Below are positions 13,552-25,485 of a stretch of DNA of 64,000 nucleotides, in pieces. A program made the translations under genes and the position numbers. How positions within the stretch are numbered: the stretch's first letter is position 1; every line of letters begins with the position of its first letter. Below the pieces are notes generated by a model that saw nothing but the letters and a program-made list of their open reading frames with translations, searched no databases and was not told the DNA's origin. Source of the stretch: Phaeosaccion multiseriatum (taxonomy: Eukaryota; Protista; Ochrophyta, other classes). Location of the stretch: assembly GCA_965112735.1 (NCBI GenBank), contig OZ218952.1, positions 186,001 through 250,000 of the forward strand, written 5' to 3'.

Positions 13552-14601
13552 ATGGTGCTGCAGAAGACAGCTGAGGAGGGTGTAGTAGAGGCTGGCTTGG
13601 GAAGGGAGAATGTGGAAGGGAGTAGGACAGGTGGGGCCACCACGAAGAGGGCCTCATCGAAGGCCAAGGAGAAGGGCCACCGCACCTACGTCCTACAGGT
13701 AGTGGAAGAAGCGAAGGAAGCCGAAAGGAGGCGGCAGAAAGTACTCCAGAGACTACTACGGGGGATGCGAGAAGAAGGGGGAGAAAGTGAGACGAAGAAC
13801 AGGGCGAGGAGGAAGAGAAGGCACAGAGAAGAGGTGGAGAGGAGGTTTGCTAAGGAGCGGCAAGCTGACCAGCTCAGGATACAGAGACTCCGGGACGACG
13901 CGGACGTGCTCATCAAGGCGTTGAAAGATAGAGAGCAGGAGCAGCACGGGCAAGCTCGCCACAATACAGAGGACGGTGGAAATGAGGGTCGGGTTGTGGA
14001 CATCGCTGGGTGGAAGAAGCAGAGACAAGCCGAGGCGGACCTGGTAACTCCTGGGAAGGTGATATTTATGAAACAAGTGTTTGATATGCTGGACCCATTG
14101 AGCGAGACGAAGAAGACTGTTGGGCAAGGGGAGAAGGTCAAGAGACAGCGAGCGAGCTCGCAGCAACTGACCCGCGGACTGGCGCAGTCCATGAAGTGCC
14201 CGCCTTTCGAGTCGTCAGGCAGAAGAGTGCAGCTGCTTCAGGAGCAAAGAGCACTCCTCACCCAACTGCAAACTGTCATGGGCAGGCAGCATGAGGCAAT
14301 CCTCGAAGACGGTGGAGGCCGCCACCCCCAGAGTCGAAGAACGCAGTACGGATTGTGCTCATCTGACAGAACTCGGCGCTCCTTGCCTTCGCTGCCTAGC
14401 ATGGGCATGAGGACTGGCCGGAGCAGCAGATGCGGCCCTTCCAGCCTTAGTTCACCCGGGGGTCGCAGCACCAGGTCCAGTCTCACTCGCACTAGCTCTT
14501 CTTCTGACGCCAGCATGGCGAGTTACGCATCCAGTGCCCACTGCAGCAGTAGAGGTGCTGTGCGGCACCGACACCCGGCAGCAGTTCCACCTTTGTGGTG
14601 A
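13552..14601 (+). CDS. Hypothetical 349-aa charged/coiled-coil protein, single exon
   Basis: Long ATG-initiated ORF filling the space between CCDC151 and BT1, divergent from CCDC151. No family motif recognised. Confidence 0.6.
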   Translation: MVLQKTAEEGVVEAGLGRENVEGSRTGGATTKRASSKAKEKGHRTYVLQVVEEAKEAERRRQKVLQRLLRGMREEGGESETKNRARRKRRHREEVERRFAKERQADQLRIQRLRDDADVLIKALKDREQEQHGQARHNTEDGGNEGRVVDIAGWKKQRQAEADLVTPGKVIFMKQVFDMLDPLSETKKTVGQGEKVKRQRASSQQLTRGLAQSMKCPPFESSGRRVQLLQEQRALLTQLQTVMGRQHEAILEDGGGRHPQSRRTQYGLCSSDRTRRSLPSLPSMGMRTGRSSRCGPSSLSSPGGRSTRSSLTRTSSSSDASMASYASSAHCSSRGAVRHRHPAAVPPLW

Positions 14602-14702
14602 CAATAAGGAAAACCTTTCGTTACAATAACCTATGATACAGTAGGTAATGCCCCTTTTGAATCAACCACAAAACGCTACGGCGCCGGGTCCTGTGGGTCC
14701 GC

Positions 14703-17570
14703 CTAGGACGACTGGTACACGACCTTCGCGGCCAAGCCAATGGTCCAGGCGAGACTAATGAGGATGACGGATACGAACACCCACCCGCCCAAGCGGGAGG
14801 AGGTTTCGTCCTGAACCGATGGTAGTGGGTAGTGGTGGCAGAGACGCAGACGGACGTAAGTAGATTGTTCTCTCTCTCTCCCCCTCTTCTCGTGTGGTCT
14901 TACCTCCTGCATCTTCCTTTGCACAGTTTTGTTGGCCGGAATCAAGCCAATGAGCAGCAGCGGAATGGGTTGCAGCAGACTCGTCAAGATGGTGAGCTTG
15001 GCCATTCCGCTGTACTCTCCTGCTTCAATGGCCCGGTTGCTGACGTCCCAAATGTCAGCCAGGGAGGTGGAAATGGTCAGGGAGACTGCCCCGGCCAGAT
15101 TGCCTAGCGTGGTGATGATAGCGTACGTCGACCCTTCCGCTCCCTCTGGACACATTGCCAAGTACATCTGACGTGAGGGGGGGAGTAGTAAGTCGCTTGA
15201 GAACAACCGGCAAAAGGATGGGCCTTGAGAACAAAAAAAAAGCAGGGGGAGGGGGAAAGGCTTACCTGCACCAATGGCAAAAACTGCGGAGCGGGGGAGA
15301 TGGGAGGGGGGGCACGAGGGGTTGTAAGTGGTGAAGTTCGCATACATGCATTGCTCGCTTGTCTCTCTCTCTCTCTCCCTCTCTCTCTCCGGTACCGCTG
15401 TACCTGAATAGCTCGCACGAACTCTGCAAAGGCGTCGTCCCCCAGCGCAAAGGCCAGGTCCGGGATGCCCACTGCAATGTTCACACGATAGATGAGCAGC
15501 AGCTGCAAGATGCTGAAGAGCACGCCCAGCAGGGTGCAGTTCACGTAGATCTTCCTCCAGCTGGTCTGGAAGAAGAAATGCTTGTAGCTCACAATGCCAA
15601 TGCTGCTGAAGAGGGCCCCGCAGATGGAGAGCAGCCCCAGTGTCCACGCCTTAAACTCCAGCCCGTCCACCAGGAAGGACCTCCAGGCCACATTGCTTAC
15701 CTGCATTGTGTTGTAGATGAACACAAAGCTCATCGGAATGTACACTGCCTGCTTACTGAGGGCCCCGAAGATGCTGACGAGCGAGGATTGGACGGCCACA
15801 CAGCCTCCCAAAAAGCTGACTCGATGGTCCTCCAAGTGGTACAGCGTAGGGCCGAGGATCGCCGGTGGAATGAGGGCTGTGAGTAGGTATATCTGCGATA
15901 TGCTCATGCCCCACCTATGATTACATCACACATTCGGGGTACGAGCGGCACGACAGAGGTCAGGGATAGTCTCCAAAAGACGAGAGACGAAGAAACTCTG
16001 GGACTGGGACGGACGTACCCCCACGAGTCCTTGTTGTGAAGCACCGAGCCCAGGATGCTTCCCAGGAGCCTGCCTACAAACCGAAGAGCGTAGCCCGTGG
16101 CCTGCATGCCGCCCTTATTCTCCACGCTCTCGTTCCTGGAGCGCTCCACCACGATGGCGTCAGTGGTCACATCGCTAAGAATAAAGCCCATGCTGGCAAC
16201 GAAGCCCCAGAGAGCCAGGTCGAACACCTGTCGAAGCAGCAAAGGCGTAAGGTTTCTTGCCCTCAGTTCCGCATAAAAAAAAGCGTGCAGCACAACCCCC
16301 CGCCCCCCCTCCGAAACAGACCTCGGGACGGCCCATGTTCGCGAGGTGAAGGAGACAGACGGAGAAAACGGCCCATCCCGCTATGAAGTAAGGCTTTCTA
16401 CGCTGGCCCCAGATGGGGAAATTGTCAGAGAGGAAAGCTGGCATCAGCTTGAGGCTCCACGGAAGCATTCCCAACGTGAACACCACCTGAGGGGGGGGAC
16501 GAGCGAGGGGAGAGGAAAGAGAAACGTGCGCAACATGAATCCTCTGGTTGGCCGGGCTGAGCTGTCGCCAAAGGGCTGCGCTACACTGGGCGCTGCGTGA
16601 CTCACTTGTTGTGCCGCAGCCGGTGCATCTGCCCATGATGGAGCGGATACGCGAGGGAGGGAGATTAAGAGAGAGAGAGAGAGAGAGAGAGGCGGTGAGG
16701 AAGGAGAGGGAAAGAGAGAGAACAGAAGAAAGCACGCACTTACCGAGCTCGTGGACCATCTGTGTATGAGATTTTAACGACATACGGTGGAGGAGAAGGG
16801 GGCTTTGTAATGTAAGGTGAAGGAAGGGATACTCTATGCCCCCTCACTTCCCTCACTCACGTAGTACGATACCGGTGTGATGGGTAAGGCCGAGCAGCAC
16901 CCAACGCAAAAGTAAGACATTCCCACGCCGATATTTGCCATCGTCCACATGTTGGTCAGAGCAGACGAGGAGGAGGCTTGGGGAGAAAGAGGAGAGAGAG
17001 AGGGAGGAAGAGGAGGGAAGAGAAAGAGAGAGATAGAGAGCACGAGAGGGGGGAATAGAGAGAGAGAGGGAGACAGTGAGAGCAAGAGAGGGGGACAGAG
17101 ACAAACGACGGGCACGTGGAGAAGGAGGTACGAGTGAGCCACACGTGTGTGAGGGTAGGTGTAGGGGTGTCCAGACAGGCATTCGACACACTTTGCACCA
17201 GCACCTTGCACCAACTGGCGGTGGCGATCGAATCAATCAATGAATCACTTGAGATGCAAGCACGCACTCACACACCAGGGACACCAACGCTCCCTCCCTC
17301 CCTCCCTCCCTCCCTCCCTCCCTCCCTCCCTCCCTCCCGCCCTTCTCACTCACCCTTCTCAGTCTTATCATCCTCCTCGCTGCTGCTTGGGATTTCCCCG
17401 ATGAGCCCCTCTGTGTCTTGTGTTGGGGCCTGATAAATCTCAAAGGGATGTACGACTGCTCCTTTTGCTCGTTTGTCACCTGCGAGGATGGCATCGAGCG
17501 CGACTTCATCCTCTTGGTCCTCAATTATCGTAAAACCACTCCCGCTAAACCCTCCAGCTTTGCTCGACAT
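14703..17570 (-). CDS. Folate-biopterin transporter (BT1 family, MFS), multi-exon
   Basis: LPWSLKLMPAFLSDNFPIWGQRRKPY, SDVTTDAIVVERSR and MCPEGAEGSTYA motifs, with many predicted TM segments. Confidence 0.9.
17290..17337. repeat. Intronic (CCCT)n microsatellite
   Basis: Directly visible in the first intron of the BT1 gene. Confidence 0.9.
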
Positions 17571-18005
17571 CAGACCACGTGTGTTGAGGACGACTACGCG
17601 GCAGGTGAAGAAGCAGGAGAGTCCCTATATTACACCCTGAAGAAGCGGGAGACCCCCGCGAGAACCTTCTGTTGCCATCCAGTCTTCGATCACTCAATCT
17701 CCACGTAACGCCAAAAAGTTTGTCTTTTTCTCCCCTCCTCCCCTTCTTTCTTTCCTGAAGGGAGAAGGAGCTCCTCTCTTTCAACAGGCATGGCTGCCAC
17801 TCCCGCCGCGGGGCTTAGCGTGGGGCGGGGGCTGCAGTCGGCTTGCGCAGCAGGGATTGAGCAGGTTGGTTTTGCATTCTGTGGAAGCGTTATTTTCCGC
17901 CCTTTCCTTTCCTTCACTTAACCTCCCCTTCGTCCTCGGCCCTGCCCCTTTCCCCCTTTCCCCCGCGGGTCCTAGTGTGTGGATGACTTTAATCAGCTGC
18001 CTCAT

Positions 18006-21000
18006 ATGATGGAGCGGATGCGGACTGCCGCTGCCGCTGCGACGCCCTCCGCTGGCGCTATAGACTCGTCACACACCTCGCCTCACAAGCATAGGACAGG
18101 CGATGGATCCCGAGGCCGCAGGGGCAGTACCCGGCCCAGGAACAGGCCATTAAGCTCTGTGGGGAAGGAGGTTCAGATGGGGTTGCAGAATTTTGTGCAA
18201 GACGGGCATGGGAGAGTGTGGGACCAGAGTATAAAGCGGGAGGACCTTTTCCATTGCTATGATGTGAGCGGCGACGGCAAGGTCAGCTATGAAGAGTTCG
18301 CAGAGGCGCTCAGGGGCCTCAAGCTCAACGTTTCCGACAGCGAGGGGAGGAAGCTGGCAGAGGTAAGTCACGCGAGAAGAGGGAGAGAGCAAGGCAAAAG
18401 CGGTGGTAGCAAGTGTTGCGGCTCCCCACTGCTGCTGCTGCTGCTGCTCAACTAGCTTGAGCTCAATGCCGGAGGTGGAAAGCTGGGCCCTGAGACTTTG
18501 CGCTTCTGTCGAGCCAAGGGAATCTACTTAACTTTCCCTCTTCCCTTCCCTCGCGTCTTGGAATCAGGCCCTCGACGATGGTGGGGAGGGTCTGGTGGAT
18601 ACGCATGAGCTGGGAAAGCTGGAGGACATCATTAGGCGAGACGAGGGGAGAGCAGCTCAAAGCAGCCGTATCAGGCCCAATGCTGTTGTCGATGGCGATG
18701 CCACATCGGCAAACCTGCCGTGCCCACCACACCCGAGGCAGAAACGCCCTTCATCCCTCTACTCCAACCGAACGTCCGCTTCGCTGTTGGCTCGCTCGAG
18801 CGGGTCGGCAGAAGCAGTATCATTTGAGCAGTGGCAGCAGCAGCAACGGGCCGACACCACCAGTGGAAGCGGTAGAAAGGGAGGCGTGCTGAGAAGCAAA
18901 AGAAAGACCAGTGCGGCAGGGATAAGCAGCATCAGTCGGAAGGATGCAGCAGCAGCAGCAGCAGCGGCTGCAGCAGCAGCGGCTGCGACTGCACACATGC
19001 GCTCTCCAGCGGTGTCCTTGCGACAGGCCCTTGGGGCTCGCGAGGAGGGGCGCGTGGGCAACGTGATTCAGGACGAAGTTGAGGCCGCGCAGCAGTCGCG
19101 GCGGGAGGAGCAGCAGCGAGAGCACCAAACGGCGGTAGACATGGAAGTGGCGCGCCGGGGTAGCGTGGACAAAGCAGAAAAGATCTTGCTCTCTCGCATC
19201 AAGGGAAACGTATTGAGCCTTCGTCATTCTTTGAGAAAATTGGACGGGAGCAAGGTGAGCTTTGGAGAAATTCACTCAAGGCTGGCAGATACTTTCACTT
19301 TCACTGCCTCTTTCTTCGCCTCTTTCCCTCCTCTTCCCACTGATGCTTGTAGCCTCCTGGTGCTCCCCACCCCCTTCTTTGCAACTGTTGCTGACGCACA
19401 GATGGGTACAATGACGGGACACGAGTTCAAGACTGCGGTGCGGCGATTTGACCCGCAGCTACAAGTGCGGGAAGTTACAGACCTGGCCAAGGCGTATCGG
19501 ACGCGCGAAGGCCTCGTCGATTACATTGCCTTTACTGAGCAGGTATGAGTTGTATGTGGATGTGAACGTGTGCGTGCGTGCGGACAGAGCGCGGGCAGAG
19601 GCCACGGCCGAGCCCAGTTGCAGGGGCGAGCCCCTCTTTTCGTCTCCGCCTCCTGACATGAGGCCTCTGTTTGCACTCCACCCCTCTCTCTCTCTCCCTT
19701 TCTCCTCTCGTACTTCAGCTGGAAGACAAGGTCATCGCTGCAGCGGCGTATTCGAACACGAGTGCCAAGAACGGGGGAGCAAGGCGTAAAAGCAGTTTTA
19801 GAGAGATTCGGCCCCAATCGGCCCCCTCAGCCGCCTCCTTCGCCTCTGCTGCAGCTACGAACATGGGGAGTGCTGCAGATGCCTCTCGGCGCGCTACGCC
19901 CATTCGGACGCTCCTGCAAGAGTCGTCGGGGGTGCGGAGGGTGGTCAACACCGCCGCCGAGGTGCTCGACAAACAGGCCTACGGGAACACTCTCGCCGTG
20001 CTCAAGCAGCAGGACGGAGTGGGGGATGGCACACTCGCCAGGCACGAGCTCAAGGAGGGAATGAAGACCCTCGGGGGGTGGAACGTTCGCGACCATGACT
20101 ATGACTGCCTCTTCAGGTAAGACAAGAGGTTCTGTAGGCATTGCTCACCTCACATAGCGAGGGCGGCAGTTGCTTCCACGAGGGGAGGTGTTGGGGAAGC
20201 TCGGTTAGTTGATTTGCTTCTCTGCTTGTCCCTCCCTCCTCCACCGCCTTCCCGCCCGCCCCCCCCCTCAGTATCCTGGACCAAGCGGAGTCGGGTCGAG
20301 TGAACCTTGCGGACATCCCCGACCGTATCGCAGACTTGCAGGCTTCCTTCGATGCCTCCCACGTGGCCGAGAAGATAGAGAGGGAGGAGGAGCATCGCGA
20401 CCGCTACAATGCCACGCACCTGCATCAGTGGCCCGCCCACTTGATGCACTCCAATGTGCTTGGAGAAGGGTTGGCGGGGCAGCCACCGAAAGACCGACTG
20501 GGTGAAGGCAGGGCGCACAGCGAAGCCCGCAGAGATGCGAGAGTGGCGGACAGGCTGCTGGGGCAGGTGCGAGGGCTGCAGGAGGACCCGAAGTTGGCCG
20601 GTAAGCTGCATCAGGCCTTCGCCACCGGAAGCAGGGATCGGTCGGGAGGAGGAGGAGGAGGAGGAGGAGGAGGAGGAGGAGGAGGAGGAGGAGGAGGAGG
20701 AGGAGGAGGAGGAGGAGGAGGAGGAGGAGGAGGAGGAGGAGGAGGAGGAGGAGGAGGAGGAGGAGGAGAAAGGGAAGGGGAAGGGGAAGGGGAGCTGTCT
20801 CCCGCAGAGCTTCGCAATAGCCTCGTCTCGTTGGGTGTCCAAATGTGCGACGCGGATTTCAACAGCCTCACGACCCGACTTCAGGGCAGCAGCGGCAAGG
20901 GGGGGGGTCGGCAAGATGCAGCCGCGGGTACCATTAGCTATACTGACTTTTGCAACAGCGCGGGTGTAGCGCCTTTGACCTCTGCGGCCTTCGCGACTCT

Positions 21001-22594
21001 TCCGGGACAGAAGCGACACTACTTTGGGGACGATCGCAAGACGCTCGACTGCGGCATCTTCTTTGCCAAGCCAGCCACGAAAGGAGCCAATGGGACTTGG
21101 GGGTCCTCTATGGCGACTCAGAGGTCCGAGCGCAGAGCGATTAGGGGATCTGGGGCACAGGTTCCGGCTCCGGCGGCCTACAGTGAAGCGAAGAGAGGAG
21201 GAAGCAGAGCTGCTTCTGTAGCGGCGGGTCAGAGGACCGGCAAGGTGGGTAGTCAGGGGCAGAGTATTTCTCTCCGGCAAGTGCTCGAGCAGGATGGGAC
21301 CGCAGGCCCGAGCGGAGGGACGGCGTGGTTCGACCTGCACAGCATCAGCGCAAGGAATAGGAGGGGCCGCAGTCATGTACCGAGAGACACGGCGAGTGCT
21401 CTCTTAGCAACGGATAGACAGGAGCCGCAGCAGGAGCAGCAGCAGCAGCAGGGGCAGCCGCAACAGGAACAACCGCAGCCGCAGCCACAGTCACACCACC
21501 GGCAGCAGCACCACCAACAGCACCGGCAACACCAGGAACACCACCACCAGCAACAGCGGGGGCGGCGTGGAGAGGCATCACATTCCTTGAGTAGTAGGCC
21601 TAAGAGCACGAGCCTGCCTGCCACCATTCGCTACGGCACCTGGGCGGGCTCCTCTCTGGGGGACATCATTGTGGGTGTGGGAGCCGAAGCCGCGCACGTG
21701 CCGAGCAAGAAGGTGAGCGGGTGGACGTGCGGCCCGGGCTCCATCGCAGCCCATCGGTCTACCTTCGAGACACTCAATCTCAATACGAGCCGCGGCGGCC
21801 TCAGCCTCAGCAAGCACTTACCCCAGGGTACCACCAGCGTTGACGACCTCGGCGCTTCCACCCGGGCAGCGAAGAAGCGGCCGGCCTGGGTGAGTCAGAG
21901 ATCCGTCACGCCGTATGCGACGGCTCTTTGCCCTCCTTCCGACGGCATGAGCAGCGGCACCGGCACGTGGCGGGGGGGGACTCTGTCCGCCACGCAAGGA
22001 GGAGGAGGAGCAGGAGTGCGAGGCGGCACCGTCAGCAGCTGGGGCGACTCACTCTACGGCCGATCGCAGACTGGGCAGTTCTTCTCCTCCTCTTCCTCCT
22101 CCTTCTCGACTCAGAGAGCCTCCACCCTCGGGCAGCAGCCTCGCTCGAGGAGCGTGGACCACACATCCTCTCGGCGCCGCAGGCCCGTTACACCCGTTAC
22201 ATCGTCGCCCTTCTCCTCCGGGACGAGTCCAAGTGCCCAGCGAGGGCTGCTCTCCGCAACCATGCCCCTGTACGACAGTGGCACCCTCGGCGGCACCCTC
22301 AGCGGCACCCTCAGCGGCACCCTCAGCCGCACCCTCAGTGGCACCCTCAGCGGCTACGGCGGCGGGGGGGGCGGGGGGCTTGGCTTGACCAACACGAACG
22401 CGTCTCCCATCTCGAGAGTGAGTAGTGGCACTGTGGCCAAGCTGTCGCCGAAGCGCCTCAACTTTGATGCTACGACGCTCTCCTCCACTGGTAAGGTCCA
22501 GGCCAGGGGATGGGCGGGGGGGCCCAGCGCTTCGCCAGAGCTGCCCATCACTCCTCGTACGGGATGGGCGGGGGGGGGCACGTACCGGAGGTAG
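18006..22594 (+). CDS. Large multi-EF-hand protein with long disordered Gly/Ser/Gln-rich C-terminus (multi-exon)
   Basis: EF-hand loops DVSGDGKVSYEEF, DGVGDGTLARHEL, GLVDYIAF and GTISYTDF. In-phase GT-AG introns. Final exon is the 764-aa ORF. Confidence 0.75.
20645..20767 (+). repeat. (GGA)41 microsatellite encoding poly-Gly
   Basis: Directly visible and in frame in ORF 20300-22594. Confidence 0.95.
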
Positions 22595-23182
22595 CAGCTT
22601 GTAGTGGCTGTAGTTGTGTAGCAGCTTGTAGTGATGGTAGCAGTGTAGTAGCAAGGGCTTCGGGACTTGGGGGGGGGGGACTGCGAGCTGCTTTTGCATG
22701 CTCTTTTGCCCGTGCTGGCGCACGGGCACGGGGAGGCTTTCGTTTCAGTCAAAAGCGAAAGTGGGAAAAGTAGCAGAGCAGTCGGACACACTGTATTCAT
22801 AGCTCCTCCGATACGACAACCTTCTCGAAGTAAGATTCTGAGAGGTAAGGAGACAAACCTGGTGGAGGGCGGGGCTGCTGCCGCTGCTGCTTCTGCTAGT
22901 GGCCTGTGGTCGGAGAGGAGTGTGGTGAGGGAGAAGCAGGCACAGCATCTTGTATCTTCATTGCATCACACGCCTCCGAGGAGTAATTTAGCCTGAAGTG
23001 GCAAACTATTATTTTGGTCCACGACGGTCTGGGGGGGACGCACAAGACTCGGAATGGATGGCGACACTTATATTCCTTCTCTTGATGTCACAACGAGCCC
23101 GCATGCCGTGACTGAAAGGCCCTCTCCTGCATTGCGAAGAGTCTTTTCCGCGACGATACGTGTCAAACCCTCTCCTTCCACT

Positions 23183-23590
23183 CCCTCTATCACAACTGTT
23201 GGGTGATCATGTTGATCTCACTCCCACTCTGGATCAAAGCTATATCTCTCCTCCATACATAGACATGCCCTCTATCACAACTGTTGGGTGATCATGTTGA
23301 TCTCACTCCCACTCTGGATCAAAGCTATATCTCTCCTCCATACATAGACATGCCCTCTATCACAACTGTTGGGTGATCATGTTGATCTCACTCCCACTCT
23401 GGATCAAAGCTATATCTCTCCTCCATACATAGACATTCCCTCTATCACAACTGCTGGGTGTACACTTGTTGATCTCACTCTCCCTCTGGGTCAAAGCTAT
23501 AATACACATGAAAAAAAAATCTCTCAAACTGGGTGCACCGTTGTCTTCCACTCCCCCGCCAAAAGCTATACATTCTATACACATGTGCTC
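23183..23590. repeat. 85-bp tandem repeat array: 3 near-identical copies, 1 diverged copy, 1 degenerate copy
   Basis: Unit starts at 23183, 23268, 23353 and 23438 (CCCTCTATCACAACTG...CATAGACATG). A remnant lies at about 23521-23590. Confidence 0.95.
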
Positions 23591-23661
23591 CCCCTCCCCC
23601 CCTCTCTCTCCTCCTCTCACGGCCGCATCTCCACCCCTCTCCGCGCTATCCGCTCAGTCGC

Positions 23662-25485
23662 TCAGTCGATCACGAGTTGCTCTCCATCGATGGTGGACAG
23701 GTAAAATGCCTTGTCACGCGCCTGCAGTGGGTGGGTTGTAGGGTAAAAGAAACACAAGAGGTGAGAGAAGACAAAAATTAGGCGGGCGGGTACCCGCGGA
23801 TTGTGTTCTGCTGTCTTGAGGCAAAGGCGTGAAGAAATAGAGAGGGGGGAAAGTCGAGAAAAACCGCGCACCTATGAAACCCCTCCCAGCGAACGCCAAA
23901 GACAAGCCTTCGCTCAATATACCTTCCACTCACTCACCAAGCTCTTCTCCTCATCCGCAGACAAGACCGGCAACGCCGCTTCCATCCCCACGGTCCCTCG
24001 AGCCAGTTTCTGCCCGGCCCTGGGACCCTTCCCATTCCCCTTCCCCTTCCCCTTCCCCTTCTTGGGGGCCGGAGCCTGTCGCCGCCGCCTGCTGCCTTTA
24101 GTGGACGCAGTCACGGACCCCTTCTCCCCCTCCTGGCTCTCCTCCTCGCTAGAATCGCCGTCCCCGTCACCATCACCCTCTCCGCTGCTGTGGTCAATCT
24201 GCTCATTGGCACTTGGGGTGTCTTCGACTGCACTTGCCCGGGCCCGTCGGCGTCGAGTTGGCGCAACGCTCTTCGCCGCGGTCGCCTGTTGCCCCCTCCC
24301 CCCTTCCTCCTCCTCCTGCTCTTCCTCGCCCTCTTCTTCCTCTTCCTCTTCTTCCCCGCCGTGCATCTGCTGCTCCACGCGTTCCATCTGGCCGGCAACC
24401 TGGTTCAGACGCTGGGATCTTTTGGCCGGCCTCACCACAGGTACTACCATACCTTTCTCTCGTGCGCTCCTTCTTCCCCTCCTCCTTCTCCTCCCCGTGC
24501 TCTCTCCTTCTCCTTCCTCTGCTTCCCTTCCTTCTTCTCCGTCTTGTGAGGACGGTACGTCCAGAGACCAAGCCGCCCCTGGAGGAGTACTATCCAGCCC
24601 TCGGAAGGGCGGTGACGAACCTACACCGTAGCCCGCCAAGCTCCGTTTCCGTCGCCCGGAGAGACAGGCCCAACCAGTACTGCCACAGCCACTGCTGCTG
24701 CTGCTGCTGCTGGAGCAGTCGCCCTGACTACTTCCCGCCTCCCCGTCGTCAAGGCCCTGCATTTCCTGCACCCCCTCCTCGCCGCCCACCTCTGCCCCAT
24801 CGGCGTCGTAGTTCTCCTTTTCCTGAGGTCGCAGCCTTCTGACACCTGACGCCCTCCTCGGTCTCATCCGTGAACTTTCCCGCCATCTCTTCCCCTTCGA
24901 CGCTGTGGCGCCCTCCACGTCATCTGGCGGCTGCATGCCATTCTCGCTCCCCGACTCGGCCTCGTCGGCGCCGTAGTTCTCCTTGTCCTGCACTCCCATC
25001 TTTCCGATGACTGACGCCGACGCCCTTCTCGATCTCATCCGTGAACCCTCCCGCCATCTCACCGTTGTCTCTTTCGCGCTCTCACCATCTGGTGCAACCT
25101 GTTGTGTCTTGCCGGCTTCGTTGATTCCGCCTCCTGCTCTCGCACGCAGGCCCCTCTTCTTCACGTGGGTGTCCATCATCCGTGAACTTTCCCGGCGTCT
25201 CTTCTTCGACGCTGTGGCGCCCTCCACGTCATCTGGCGGCTGCATGCCATTCTCGCTCCCCAACTCGTCCCCGTCGGCGCCGTAGTTCTCCTTGTCCTGC
25301 ACTCCCATCTTTCCGATGACTGACGCCGACACCCTTCTCGGTCTCATCCGCGAACCCTCCCGCCATCTCACCGTTGTCCTTTTCGCGCTTTCCCCCTCTT
25401 CTCCAACCTGTTGTGCCTTGCCGGCTTCGTTGATTCCGCCTCCTGCTCTCGCACGCAGGCCCCTCTTCTTCACTTTGGTGTCCAT
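23662..25485 (-). CDS. ~540-aa disordered KEN-box protein with Sororin-like C-terminal motif; intron 23722-23922
   Basis: The 523-aa ORF ends at a phase-0 donor (GAGTGGAAG|GTATAT). A phase-0 acceptor (CTGCAG) adds ARDKAFYLSTIDGEQLVID*. KEN occurs three times. There is an in-frame stop just upstream of ATG 25485. Confidence 0.6.
24868..25485 (-). repeat. Internal 309-bp (103-aa) tandem duplication, followed by a partial third copy
   Basis: MDTKVKKRGLRARAGGG... starts at 25485 and MDTHVKKRGLRARAGGG... at 25176. Confidence 0.95.

Noticed and set aside
23080-23120. Possible C/D snoRNA (GTCAC...GTGAC stem with CTGA)
   Set aside because: No proper RUGAUGA box C and too short.
23183-23590. 85-bp array as a CRISPR array
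   Set aside because: The units are contiguous and identical with no unique spacers, there are no cas genes, and the context is eukaryotic.
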